The notes below the pieces were generated by a model, which was not told where the DNA came from, did no database searches, and worked only from the letters and a program-made list of their open reading frames with translations. Of a stretch of DNA of 64,000 nt, positions 47,657-56,958 are shown piece after piece. The translations under genes were made by a program, and so were the position numbers. Positions within the stretch are counted from its first letter, which is position 1. Every line of letters begins with the position of its first letter. The stretch lies in the NCBI GenBank assembly GCA_049522015.1, contig JBEKOG010000028.1, forward strand, positions 323 to 64,322. The letters run 5' to 3'. This DNA is from Verrucomicrobiota bacterium (GTDB taxonomy: Bacteria > Verrucomicrobiota > Verrucomicrobiia > Limisphaerales > UBA11358).

Positions 47657-50002
47657 ATGAAAAAAAAGATTTTCAGATTCTCCACATTGCGAATGCAGTT
47701 GGTTGGCAGCGTGTTTTTGCTCATCACTCCGGCCTGGTTGCTGATGTATATTTTTGACCTGCCAATGAGCGGGTTTGTGGTGGGGGTATTGGCGCTGGCA
47801 GCCTCGTGGTTCGGCGGGGAACACTTCATTTTACGCGAGGTGCGCGCCTTGTCCAGTGTGGCCCAGCGGATTGCAGATGGAGATTTGAGCGCCCGCACCG
47901 GACTGAAACCCTCGGAAAACGAACTCGGTCAACTCACAAAGGGTTTTGACCTGATGGCCGAATCGCTGGAGCGGCATGCCAAGAATCTCGAAAGCGCGGA
48001 AAAAAACCTGTTGAATCGCACGTTCCAGCAAACCGTTGTCGCCGCGCTCGGACAATTTGCGCTGACCAACAGTGACCTCGATGCGCTGCTGAATCAAACC
48101 GTCATGCTTGTGGCGCAAACACTGGGCGTGGAATACTCCGCCGTGTTCGAGCAATTGCTGGCCGGTTCACTGCGGCTGCAAGCCGGCGTTGGCTGGAAAC
48201 CGGAGTACAACCGGCAGACTTCCCTGCCCGGAAATGAGGATTCCCCGATTGTCTCTGCTTTGAAATCCGGCGACCCCGTTGTCATCGCCGATCTGAAGGC
48301 CGAAACGCGAATTTCCGCGTCGCCGTTTCTGGCCGAGCACGGTGTTGTCAGCGGTATCACCGTCGCCATTCCCACTCACGACCGGCCCTATGGAATGCTG
48401 GGCATTTACAGCACGCACGGGCGGAAATTCAATTCGGACGAAGTGCAATTTCTCATGGCCGCCGCCACCGCCGTCGGCCTGGCCGTCGAGCGCAAACGGG
48501 CCGATGCCGAACTGCAAAAACTCGCCGCGTTCGTCCAGTTGAATCCGGACGCAGCGATGGAACTGAACGAAAACGGGACCATCACCTATTTCAACGAAGC
48601 CGCGCAACAACTCGCCGCCTCCGTGCAAAGAAATCAGCCTGGTGAAATATTGCCACCGGACATTGACCGCATCATCCGCGAATGCCTCGCCAGCGGACAA
48701 AGCAAGGTGCGCCAGGAAATCAAAATGGAAGGGCGCACATTTTCGTGGTCGGTCCATCCCGTCTTGCCGAGCAACGTGGTGCATTGCTACATCGAAGACA
48801 TCACCGAACGGCTGAGTTTGGAGGCGCAGTTGCGTCAGGCGCAAAAGATGGAATCCATCGGCCAGCTCGCCGCCGGTGTTGCGCATGACTTCAATAACAT
48901 GCTCACGATCATTCAGGGGCATTCCAGTTCGCTGCTCGCCAGGCCGACATTGCCGCCGGAGGTGGTTGACTCGGTTCAAGCCGTCTATTTTGCCGCCGAA
49001 CGCGCCGCGGGTCTCACGCGCCAATTGCTCATGTTCAGCCGCAAGAATGTCATGCAGCCCGAGCTGCTCGATTTGCAGAAAGTTGTCGGTAACATGAGCA
49101 AGATGTTGGAGCGTCTCCTCGGGGAAACCATCACGCTTGAATTTCAGCCGGCGGTGGAAAATCCATTTGTTCAGGGCGACTGCGGCATGATCGAGCAGGT
49201 CGTGATGAACCTTTCCCTCAACGCCCGCGACGCCATGCCGCGCGGCGGCAGGCTGACCATCGGCGTCGAGACCATGATCATTGATGCCGCTTTCATCGAA
49301 ACCCATCCCCAGGCGCATGCGGGACGCTTTGTTCGTTTGCGCGTCACGGACACAGGTATCGGCATGGATTCTGCCACGCTGGGCCGCATCTTCGAACCGT
49401 TTTTTACCACGAAAGACATCGGCAAGGGCACCGGCCTCGGCCTCGCGACTGTTTATGGCATTATCAAACAGCACGAAGGCTGGCTCGAAGTGAACAGCGA
49501 ACCCGGCAAAGGCAGCACGTTCGACGTGTTTCTTCCCGCCAGCGACAAAGTGCCCGCCTTCGCAGAAGAAGCGGCCCCCGCTGCCCCTGTCGCCGGCGGC
49601 TCGGAAACCATTCTCATCGTTGAAGACGAACCGATCCTGCGGAGCATGGCCCGCGACATCCTCGAAGAGTGCGGCTATCGGATTCTGGAAGCGTCATCCG
49701 GCAAGGAAGCGCTTGACGTATGGAATCAGCGCGCGAATGAAATTGATTTGCTCCTGACCGACATGGTGATGCCCGATGGCATTTCCGGCGCGGACCTCGT
49801 CGAAAAATTGCAGACCAGCCAGCCCCGCCTGAAGGTTGTCTTTACCAGCGGCTATACCGCCAATGAAGTGAACCAGAAAATGCTGGCCCGGACCCGCGCG
49901 AGCTTTCTCGCAAAACCCTACACCCACGCCGAACTCGCCAAAACCGTCCGCGATTGCCTCGACCAAAACAACAGCAGTGATGCGGCGGCTGTGGATAATT
50001 GA
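47657..50002 (+). CDS. Hybrid sensor histidine kinase/response regulator (TM-HAMP-GAF-PAS-HisKA-HATPase-REC)
   Basis: H-box AAGVAHDFNNMLT, the G-boxes DTGIGM and GTGLGLA, and a C-terminal receiver (ILIVEDEP...LLLTDMVMP...K). Confidence 0.92.
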   Translation: MKKKIFRFSTLRMQLVGSVFLLITPAWLLMYIFDLPMSGFVVGVLALAASWFGGEHFILREVRALSSVAQRIADGDLSARTGLKPSENELGQLTKGFDLMAESLERHAKNLESAEKNLLNRTFQQTVVAALGQFALTNSDLDALLNQTVMLVAQTLGVEYSAVFEQLLAGSLRLQAGVGWKPEYNRQTSLPGNEDSPIVSALKSGDPVVIADLKAETRISASPFLAEHGVVSGITVAIPTHDRPYGMLGIYSTHGRKFNSDEVQFLMAAATAVGLAVERKRADAELQKLAAFVQLNPDAAMELNENGTITYFNEAAQQLAASVQRNQPGEILPPDIDRIIRECLASGQSKVRQEIKMEGRTFSWSVHPVLPSNVVHCYIEDITERLSLEAQLRQAQKMESIGQLAAGVAHDFNNMLTIIQGHSSSLLARPTLPPEVVDSVQAVYFAAERAAGLTRQLLMFSRKNVMQPELLDLQKVVGNMSKMLERLLGETITLEFQPAVENPFVQGDCGMIEQVVMNLSLNARDAMPRGGRLTIGVETMIIDAAFIETHPQAHAGRFVRLRVTDTGIGMDSATLGRIFEPFFTTKDIGKGTGLGLATVYGIIKQHEGWLEVNSEPGKGSTFDVFLPASDKVPAFAEEAAPAAPVAGGSETILIVEDEPILRSMARDILEECGYRILEASSGKEALDVWNQRANEIDLLLTDMVMPDGISGADLVEKLQTSQPRLKVVFTSGYTANEVNQKMLARTRASFLAKPYTHAELAKTVRDCLDQNNSSDAAAVDN

Positions 50003-50008
50003 CGCCGC

Positions 50009-50998
50009 ATGGAAACCCGCGCGCAGGGAGATGTCACGATCGCCATTTTGAGCGACATCCATTACGCTGGTCCCGCCGAGCGGGCCCGCGGCGAAGATTA
50101 TGAATTTCGCACCATCGTCAATCCCCTGCTCCGCGCGGTCGCGCGCGCCTACCGGCATTTGATCTGGATGCGTCATCCGCTCGACCAGGGACGGCAACTC
50201 GACCGTTTTCTGGCCGAAATCGGGCCGTTGGATTATCTCGTGGCCAATGGGGATTATCCGTGTGACACCGGGTTTGTGGGCGTAAGCGACACCGGCTCGT
50301 TTCAAAGCGCGCAGGACTGTCTCGGCAAGCTCCGCGCGAAATTCGGCGACCGCGCGCGGTTCACCATTGGCGACCATGAACTTGGGAAACTGACCCTGTT
50401 TGGCGGGAAGGGAGGAATGCGGCTCGCCAGTTGGCATTGCGCCACGCAGCAGCTTGGCCTGCAACCGTTCTGGAAACTGGCCATCGGCCGTTACCTGCTC
50501 ATGGGCGTGGCCTCGCCCCTCATCGCCCTGCCCGCAAACAAGGCGGACATGCCGCCGGAGGAGTGGCCGGAATGGCAGCCATTGCGCGAGGCGCACCTCG
50601 CCGAAATCCGCGCTGCCTTTGATGCGCTCCAACCGGAGCAACGCGTGTTATTGTTCTGTCACGACCCCACGGCCCTGCCGTTTCTGTGGCGCGAGGAACC
50701 AGTGCGCCGCCGGTTGCCGCAGGTGGAACAGACCATCATCGGGCATCTGCACACGCGGCTGATTTTATGGAAAAGCCGGGTGCTGTCGGGGATTCCGCCC
50801 ATCCGGTTTCTGGGCCGGAATGTCAACCGTTTCAGTTCAGCGCTGCACGAGGCGCATCTTTGGTGGCCATTTCGGGTGCGGCTCTGCCCGGCCTTGTCCG
50901 GCACCGAACTGCTGAACGACGGCGGTTATTACACCGTGCAAATTGATCCCACAGCGAACCACCCGGCGCGATTCATCTTTCATCCGTTGCCACGGTAA
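50009..50998 (+). CDS. Calcineurin-like metallophosphoesterase
   Basis: IAILSDIHYAG, NGDY, CHDP and IIGHLH motifs. Confidence 0.75.
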   Translation: METRAQGDVTIAILSDIHYAGPAERARGEDYEFRTIVNPLLRAVARAYRHLIWMRHPLDQGRQLDRFLAEIGPLDYLVANGDYPCDTGFVGVSDTGSFQSAQDCLGKLRAKFGDRARFTIGDHELGKLTLFGGKGGMRLASWHCATQQLGLQPFWKLAIGRYLLMGVASPLIALPANKADMPPEEWPEWQPLREAHLAEIRAAFDALQPEQRVLLFCHDPTALPFLWREEPVRRRLPQVEQTIIGHLHTRLILWKSRVLSGIPPIRFLGRNVNRFSSALHEAHLWWPFRVRLCPALSGTELLNDGGYYTVQIDPTANHPARFIFHPLPR

Positions 50999-51012
50999 AC
51001 CTCAAACGCGAA

Positions 51013-51075
51013 GTAGCCGCCGACGTCAGTCGGCGCAAAATAATGAAGACAGCGCAGACCAACGTCAGTGGCTAC
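51013..51075. repeat. 63-nt GTAGCC-type palindromic REP-like element between convergent genes
   Basis: gtagccgccgacgtcagtcggcg (51013-51035) pairs with the reverse complement of cagaccaacgtcagtggctac (51055-51075). Confidence 0.7.
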
Positions 51076-51082
51076 AATTGGC

Positions 51083-52912
51083 TCAGCGCAAACTTGCCTG
51101 GCCTTCTTCCAGCAGTTTCACCACCGCTTCTACTGCCACATCGGCCTTGACGGGTTGCAGCGCGCCGCCGCGCGGTTTGAGTTCCACTTCGCCCTTCGCT
51201 AATGATTTTTCACCAATGCCGATGCGAATTGGAAAGCCGACCAGTTCGGAATCCTTGAATTTCACGCCGGGACGTTCGTCGCGGTCGTCCAGAATCACTT
51301 CCACGCCGCGCGCCGTGAGTTCCGCGTAAATTTTCTCCGCCAGTTTCATCACCGCGCCGTCCGGCGCGACTCCCAGCGGCGTGATGCAAACCTGATACGG
51401 CGCGACACTTAACGGCCAGATGATGCCGTCCTTGTCGTTGCACTGCTCGATGACGGCCTGCAACGTGCGGGTGACGCCGATGCCGTAGCAGCCCATGACG
51501 GCGGGTTTGCGGGTGCCAGCCTCGTCGAGGAAGGTCGCGCCGAGCTTCTCGCTGTATTTCGTGCCGAGCTTGAAAACGTGGCCGACTTCAATCGCCCGCC
51601 GGATTTTTAACGGTTTGTTGCATTTCGCGCAGGGTTCACCGGCGGTCACAGTCCGCAAATCGAACCACTGTGTTACCTTGATGTCGCGTTCGATGGAGAC
51701 GTTGCGGAAATGGAAACCGTCTTCGTTCGCGCCGGTGGTCATGCCGTTCGCGCCGTGCAGACGTTCATCGGCGAAAATCCTCGGAGCGCCGGCCTCCGGC
51801 ACGGCGCGTTGCAGCGGTTCACCTTCAAGCCGTGCCGGAGGCCGGCGCTCCAATGTGCTTGCCACCGCGCCCAAGCTTCCCGGATGCGCGCCGAGCGTGG
51901 CCACACATTCTTCCGGCGTGGCCGGACGGAACACCGTGGTGCCGATGATGCCCGCGAGCTTGGCTTCGTTCAACTGGTCGTCGCCGCGTATCAAGATGAT
52001 GACCGGTTTGCTGTCAGCCATGTAAACCAGCGTCTTGATCTGACGATTGGCCGGAACGTTGTAGGGCGCTTTGCTCAGCGCTTCGATGGTGACAACGCCG
52101 GGCGTGGCGAACTTTTCAATGGAACGTGCTGCCGGCGTCCCGCCGGCAGTTCCAGTTTGTTCTTCCGGCAAGATGCCGGAAGCACGTTGAGAAACCGCGC
52201 TTGTCGCCTTCTCGATGTTCGCGGCGTAACCGCAGGCTTCGCAATATACCACCTCGTTCTCGCCGGTTTCCGCCGGGACCATGAACTCGTGCGAAAATTT
52301 CCCGCCGATGACGCCGGTGTCGGCCTCAACCGGAAACGCCTTCAGCCCGCACCGGGCAAAGATGCGCCCATAGGCGTCGTACATTTTCTGGTAGCACGCC
52401 TGCGCCGCCTCGTCGCTCACGTCAAAACTGTAGGCGTCCTTCATGATGAACTCGCGGGCGCGCATCAGCCCGAAGCGCGGACGGATTTCGTCCCGGAACT
52501 TCACGCTGATCTGGTAAAAGTTCTTCGGCAACTGCCGGTAGGAATTGATCTCGGCGGCGGCGGTGGTGGTGATGACTTCCTCGGCCGTCGGGCTGAGAAT
52601 CCATTCGCGGTTTCCACTGTCCTTCAATTTGAACAACACGTTACCGGCGGTTTCGTAACGGCCGCTCTGCTGCCAGATTTCCGGCGGCTGAAGCGCGGGC
52701 ATGAGCAGTTCGAGCGCACCGGCGCGGTCCATTTCCTCGCGGACGATTTGCTCGACCTTGCGCAGCGCGCGCAAACCGAGCGGTAGAAAGGTATAGACGC
52801 CCCCGGCGAGCTTGCGGATGAGGCCGGCACGGAGCAGGAGTTTATGGGAAAGAATTTCCGCGTCAGCCGGAGCTTCGCGGAGTGTAGGAATAAATGCGTT
52901 GGTCCACTTCAT
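51083..52912 (-). CDS. proS: Proline--tRNA ligase (bacterial type with editing domain), carrying two in-frame palindromic insertions
   Basis: MKWTNAFIPTLREAPADAEILSHKLLLRAGLIRKL, class II motifs (FRDEIRPRFGLMRAREF, GCYGIGVTR), and a C-terminal anticodon-binding domain. Confidence 0.95.
   Translation of the reverse strand: MKWTNAFIPTLREAPADAEILSHKLLLRAGLIRKLAGGVYTFLPLGLRALRKVEQIVREEMDRAGALELLMPALQPPEIWQQSGRYETAGNVLFKLKDSGNREWILSPTAEEVITTTAAAEINSYRQLPKNFYQISVKFRDEIRPRFGLMRAREFIMKDAYSFDVSDEAAQACYQKMYDAYGRIFARCGLKAFPVEADTGVIGGKFSHEFMVPAETGENEVVYCEACGYAANIEKATSAVSQRASGILPEEQTGTAGGTPAARSIEKFATPGVVTIEALSKAPYNVPANRQIKTLVYMADSKPVIILIRGDDQLNEAKLAGIIGTTVFRPATPEECVATLGAHPGSLGAVASTLERRPPARLEGEPLQRAVPEAGAPRIFADERLHGANGMTTGANEDGFHFRNVSIERDIKVTQWFDLRTVTAGEPCAKCNKPLKIRRAIEVGHVFKLGTKYSEKLGATFLDEAGTRKPAVMGCYGIGVTRTLQAVIEQCNDKDGIIWPLSVAPYQVCITPLGVAPDGAVMKLAEKIYAELTARGVEVILDDRDERPGVKFKDSELVGFPIRIGIGEKSLAKGEVELKPRGGALQPVKADVAVEAVVKLLEEGQASLR
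51783..51851. repeat. 69-nt palindromic element (23+23+23), copy inside proS
   Basis: ggagcgccggcctccggcacggc / gcgttgcagcggttcaccttcaa / gccgtgccggaggccggcgctcc. The arms are perfect reverse complements. Confidence 0.9.
52123..52188. repeat. 66-nt palindromic element, copy inside proS
   Basis: aacgtgctgccggcgtcccgccggca / gttccagtttgttc / ttccggcaagatgccggaagcacgtt. Same family as 36935-37000. Confidence 0.85.
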
Positions 52913-52974
52913 GTGGCGGGGAATTTAACAACACAGTGGCAAAGGAACGAGGAATTTTATTTTGCGGCGGAGCG

Positions 52975-53087
52975 GCTCCTCGGCAGAGCGCCGCAAACTT
53001 TGGTTCAAGATGGCGGCTTTCTGCCGAAAGCCGCTACGGTCTCAATTCACCGGGAACGGCGTTCTGCCGAGACGTCGCTACGTTCTC
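52975..53087. repeat. Cluster of three REP-like units (GTAGC-hairpin type) upstream of proS
   Basis: cggcagagcgccgc; ggcggctttctgccgaaagccgctacggtctc; ggcgttctgccgagacgtcgctacgttctc. The last unit recurs at 55698-55727. Confidence 0.75.
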
Positions 53088-53566
53088 GCTTCGCGCGCGA
53101 TGATTTCCCGCATGGCCTGCACGTCCAACTTGTCCTTGTCGCGCCAGGAACCCTGTTTGAGAAAAATCAAATCTTCGGGTGCCAGATACGGAATGCGGAC
53201 GCTGCCGGTTTCCAGATGCCGCAGGCGCGGGCGAAAATCTTCGAGCGACTTGCCGCTCATCCGCGTAAATATATCGAGGTCGAATTCCTCCATCACACGG
53301 ATCGCGCCTTGATCGTAAATGAAATCTTCCGGCTTGAGTTCGCGCGCCCAGCCTTCGCCCCAGCCCGCAAGACTATCCAGCAGTTTGCGGAGATTTTCCG
53401 GCGCGGCGTGAACGAGGATGTCCACATCCAAGGTCAGGCGCGGATAACCATTGAATATGACCGCCAATCCGCCGACGACCGCGAAATCAATTCCGTCAGT
53501 GGCGAGGGCGACCAACAGTTTTTCGAACCGGGAAATAATCTCCCTCGGCTTTGGCGAGTGATCCAT
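53078..53566 (-). CDS. Small nucleotidyltransferase-fold protein (putative)
   Basis: IDFAVVGGLAVIFNGYPRLTLDVDILV resembles the GG...R.T.D.D catalytic strand pair of minimal NTases. ATG at 53566 (MDHSPKP). Confidence 0.45.
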   Translation of the reverse strand: MDHSPKPREIISRFEKLLVALATDGIDFAVVGGLAVIFNGYPRLTLDVDILVHAAPENLRKLLDSLAGWGEGWARELKPEDFIYDQGAIRVMEEFDLDIFTRMSGKSLEDFRPRLRHLETGSVRIPYLAPEDLIFLKQGSWRDKDKLDVQAMREIIAREART

Positions 53567-53747
53567 GCGCGTGTTTTTTGAGAAAGCCGGCCAGGTCTTC
53601 CAGGTGGGCGAGCCGGCGGGACATGGTGAGCGGACGGCCGACCACTTTGTGGACCGGCTGCTGCATCGGCTCAATCTCCGCTTTCATCATGGCAAACTTA
53701 ATCCTGTCAGAGGCGGATGGTCAACTCCAAGACGCGAAGAATTTCAC

Positions 53748-55385
53748 TCACGGCGAGCGAAAGCGGTAGAAGCGGCTGGAATAATTCGTCCACTTGGGAT
53801 CGCTGAAATACGAAGTTCCGCCGGTGAGGGTGTTGGTTGCCACCGGTGACCATACGGGATTGGCCAGGTTTGTGCAGGCTTCCACCACGACGACCAGATT
53901 GCTGCTGCCGGCGATGTTGAATCCGAACTGATTATTTTGCACGCCGAAGCTTCCGTCGTTGGTCTGCGCGTGCGGGTTCCACAGCATGGTCGGAAGACCG
54001 TCAAAAGTCGGGCCCCAACCCGTGGTGGCCAGCAGGTAATAGACAATTCCATTGTTGTCGCCGGAGAAAACGGATGAATCATTGGTTGGTGTCGGAGCAT
54101 TCCCCTGAAAATAGACTCCCGTCAAACCGGAACAGTTTGCAAACGCAATGAACCCAATGTTGGTAACGCTGTTGGGGATCGTGACACTGGTCAGGCTGAC
54201 GCAGTAGCGGAACGCCCCGCCCCCGATGCTGATGACGCTGTTGGGGATGGTGACATTTAGCAGGTTCATGCAGTCAGCAAACGCATTGACCCCGATGTTG
54301 GTGACGCTGTTGGGGATCGCGTAGCTTCCGGTTTTGGCTTCCGGATATGCGATGAGCGTGGTCTGGTTCTGGTTGAACAAAACCCCAGCCACACTGCTAT
54401 AGGCGGGATTGTTTGAACTCACCTTGATTGCCATCAGGCTGGGACAAACATAGAATGCATTGACCCCGATGCTGGTGACGTTGGCGCCGATCATCACGTT
54501 GGTCAGGCTGGTGCAGCTAGAGAACGCCGAGAACCCGATGTTGGTGACGCTGTTGCCAATCGTGACACTGACCAGGTTGGGGCAGGCTGTGAACGCATCG
54601 GCCCCGATGCTGGTGACACTGTTGGGGACCGTGTAACTTCCCGCTTCACCCCCCGGACACTGGATCAGCGTGGTCTGACTCTTGTTGAACAAGACTCCAT
54701 CCACACTGCTGTAGGCGGGATTGTTTGAATTCACCGTGATTGCATTCAAATCAGTGCATGAAGCGAACGCGTTGCTGCCGATACTGTTGACATTGGTGCC
54801 GATTGTAACATTGGTCAGGCTGGTGCAGTTAGCAAACGCAAGGCCCCCAATGCTGGCGACGCTGTTGCCTATGGTGACGCTCGCCAGCCCACCGCAGAAA
54901 AAGAACGCATCACTTCCGATGTTGGTAACGGTGTTGGGAACCGCATAGTTTCCGGTTTCGCCCCCCGGACATTGGATGAGCGTGGTCTGGCTCTTATCAA
55001 ACAAGACCCCGGCCACACTGCCATAGGCGGGATTGTTTGCATTCACCGTGATTGCCGTCAGGTTGGGGCAATCATAGAAAACATTGACCCCCATGCTGGT
55101 GACATTGGTGCCGATCATGACGTTGGTCAAACTAGTGCAGTTATCGAACGCCGCGTCCGCGATGCTGGTGACCGTCAGGCCGTCAATATTGGTGGGGATG
55201 GTCACCGACCCGCCAGAACCGGTGTATCCCGTGATGTTGATGGTGATGCCGTCGGCATTTGTCGTGTAGCCCCAGATGCCGTAATTGTTCGTGTAAGTTT
55301 GGGCTTGCACCACGGCGGGCAGCACCAAAAGCAGCAACAGCGGCAGCAGTCTCGTGGCGCAGGAGGTTCTTAAACGCGTAGTCAT
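53748..55385 (-). CDS. Secreted BspA-type leucine-rich-repeat protein with a C-terminal beta-sandwich tail
   Basis: Signal peptide MTTRLRTSCATRLLPLLLLLVLPAVVQAQ. More than 12 repeats of IPNSVTxIGxxAFxxCxxLTxVTIGxxV. Tail ...FYRFRSP. Confidence 0.85.
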   Translation of the reverse strand: MTTRLRTSCATRLLPLLLLLVLPAVVQAQTYTNNYGIWGYTTNADGITINITGYTGSGGSVTIPTNIDGLTVTSIADAAFDNCTSLTNVMIGTNVTSMGVNVFYDCPNLTAITVNANNPAYGSVAGVLFDKSQTTLIQCPGGETGNYAVPNTVTNIGSDAFFFCGGLASVTIGNSVASIGGLAFANCTSLTNVTIGTNVNSIGSNAFASCTDLNAITVNSNNPAYSSVDGVLFNKSQTTLIQCPGGEAGSYTVPNSVTSIGADAFTACPNLVSVTIGNSVTNIGFSAFSSCTSLTNVMIGANVTSIGVNAFYVCPSLMAIKVSSNNPAYSSVAGVLFNQNQTTLIAYPEAKTGSYAIPNSVTNIGVNAFADCMNLLNVTIPNSVISIGGGAFRYCVSLTSVTIPNSVTNIGFIAFANCSGLTGVYFQGNAPTPTNDSSVFSGDNNGIVYYLLATTGWGPTFDGLPTMLWNPHAQTNDGSFGVQNNQFGFNIAGSSNLVVVVEACTNLANPVWSPVATNTLTGGTSYFSDPKWTNYSSRFYRFRSP

Positions 55386-55724
55386 CGTGTTCGTGCAGCT
55401 TGTGGTCGCAAAGAAAACCTGAGTTTTCATATTTTTGCCTGCGATTTGATTGCCACCAGCTTTGATCACAATCTGTCAGGTATCGTCTCAATCCCGACAT
55501 TGGCTACTCTTGCAAAATTGCAGGCTTGAATCAAGATTTTATGATGGAAAACATGGATTATCCGCCTGATGTGGCGTAGCGGCGCGGGATCCTAAATCCG
55601 CAGATTACGCCGATTGCACAGATTCGTTATCTGCGTCATCCGCGAAATCTGCGGATGAACTCGCCGAGGCAGTGCCTGGCACTCCCATTGTTCTGCGGCG
55701 CTCTGCCGAGACGCTGCTACGTTC

Positions 55725-56480
55725 TCACTTAACCACGTTCACCAGTGGCGCCAGCCCTTGAATCCGCACCTCAAGCCGGTCGCCGCTTTGAATGGGGCCG
55801 ATGCCGCCGGGTGTGCCGGTGAGAATCACATCGCCGGGCAGCAGCGTCATGTTCGTGGAAATGAAACTGACCAGTTCGGCGGGTTTGAAGATGAGCTGCT
55901 TCGTGTTCGAGTTCTGGCGCAACTGGCCGTTCTGGAAAAGCTGGATGTTCAGTTCGCCCGGATCAATTTTCGTTTCCACGTAAGGGCCGAGCGGGGTGAA
56001 CGTGTCGAACGATTTACACCGCGCCCACTGGCTTTCGGAATTCTGAATGGTGCGGTCGCTGATGTCCTGCGCGGTGGTGTAACCGAAAATGTAGCGCGAT
56101 GCCTGCGTAGGCGAGACGTTGCGGATTTTGCGTCCGATGACGATGGCCAGCTCGGCCTCGAAATCCGTGCGATGTTCCCGGAAAGGAATTTCTATTTTCC
56201 CGCCGTCGGGGATCAGCGACGTGGTGGCTTTGAGCCAGAACAACGGCTCTTTTGGCGGCGATTGGCCGATTTCCCGCGCGTGGTCGGCATAATTGAGGCC
56301 GACGGCGATGATTTTGGATGGCACAACGGGAATCAGCGTGCGGATGCCTTTGCGCGGAGTGGGCTTGCGGTCGAAGGACGGCGAACCGAAAACTTCGCCG
56401 CACAGCCGGAACAATTCGCCGTCCACGACTTTGGCGTAGAAGATTTCCTCGCCCTTTTGAAATCGGCCAATGGCTGCCAT
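55725..56480 (-). CDS. Fumarylacetoacetate hydrolase (FAH)-family protein
   Basis: VGLNYADHARE, DFEAELAIVIGRK, ILTGTPGGIG. ATG at 56480 (MAAIGRF). Confidence 0.88.
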   Translation of the reverse strand: MAAIGRFQKGEEIFYAKVVDGELFRLCGEVFGSPSFDRKPTPRKGIRTLIPVVPSKIIAVGLNYADHAREIGQSPPKEPLFWLKATTSLIPDGGKIEIPFREHRTDFEAELAIVIGRKIRNVSPTQASRYIFGYTTAQDISDRTIQNSESQWARCKSFDTFTPLGPYVETKIDPGELNIQLFQNGQLRQNSNTKQLIFKPAELVSFISTNMTLLPGDVILTGTPGGIGPIQSGDRLEVRIQGLAPLVNVVK

Positions 56481-56562
56481 AAAGCGGGTGCAAATTAACA
56501 AACACCGCAAAGCCGTCGCAAGATTAAAGCCAATTCCACCGTACAAACATAGGTCGTTAGCA

Positions 56563-56706
56563 CTGTGGGTGCGACATCGTTGTAGTTTCATCGCCCATTC
56601 GATATCAAGCTCTGTAGGTGCGACATCAATCATATGGACATATGCCGCTCCGACGGAGCTGAAACATTTAACGGCGGAATTCTACAAATATGTCGCGCCT
56701 ACGGCG
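56563..56706. repeat. Cluster of four GTAGG(Y)GCGACAT-type REP-like motifs (two direct, two inverted)
   Basis: ctgtgggtgcgacatc (56563) and ctgtaggtgcgacatc (56611) on the plus strand. On the minus strand: gtcggagcggcatatg (reverse complement of 56638-56658) and gtaggcgcgacatatttgtag (reverse complement of 56682-56702). Confidence 0.7.
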
Positions 56707-56786
56707 CTGGTTTGCCATTCTGCGTTACGGAATCAAGGCCATTAGTACGACTTGCCGAAACTGCCTTATTCCGTTAGATTATTGCC

Positions 56787-56957
56787 ATGAATCGCCTGAC
56801 GAAACAGGAACAAATGGTTCTCTGTATTGTCCTGGGTTTGCTGCTGACCGGCTGGGCCGTTAAAACATATCGCACCGCCCATCCCAATGCGGGAACGAAT
56901 CCCGCAAAGGCGGGAGAAGCCCCTGGCAAGGCAGTGAGCCGGGTGGCGGCGCCTTAA
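56787..56957 (+). CDS. Small membrane protein (56 aa)
   Basis: MNRLTKQEQMVLCIVLGLLLTGWAVKTY has one TM helix. The stop lies 1 nt before the next gene's start. Too short to appear in the supplied ORF track; read by hand. Confidence 0.45.
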   Translation: MNRLTKQEQMVLCIVLGLLLTGWAVKTYRTAHPNAGTNPAKAGEAPGKAVSRVAAP

Positions 56958-56958
56958 A

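Noticed and set aside
53496-53690. 64-aa ORF upstream of the NTase-like gene as its antitoxin or partner.
   Set aside because: It overlaps the preferred NTase start by 70 nt in another frame and has no recognisable DNA-binding motif. It may be real if the NTase starts further downstream, but the evidence is insufficient.
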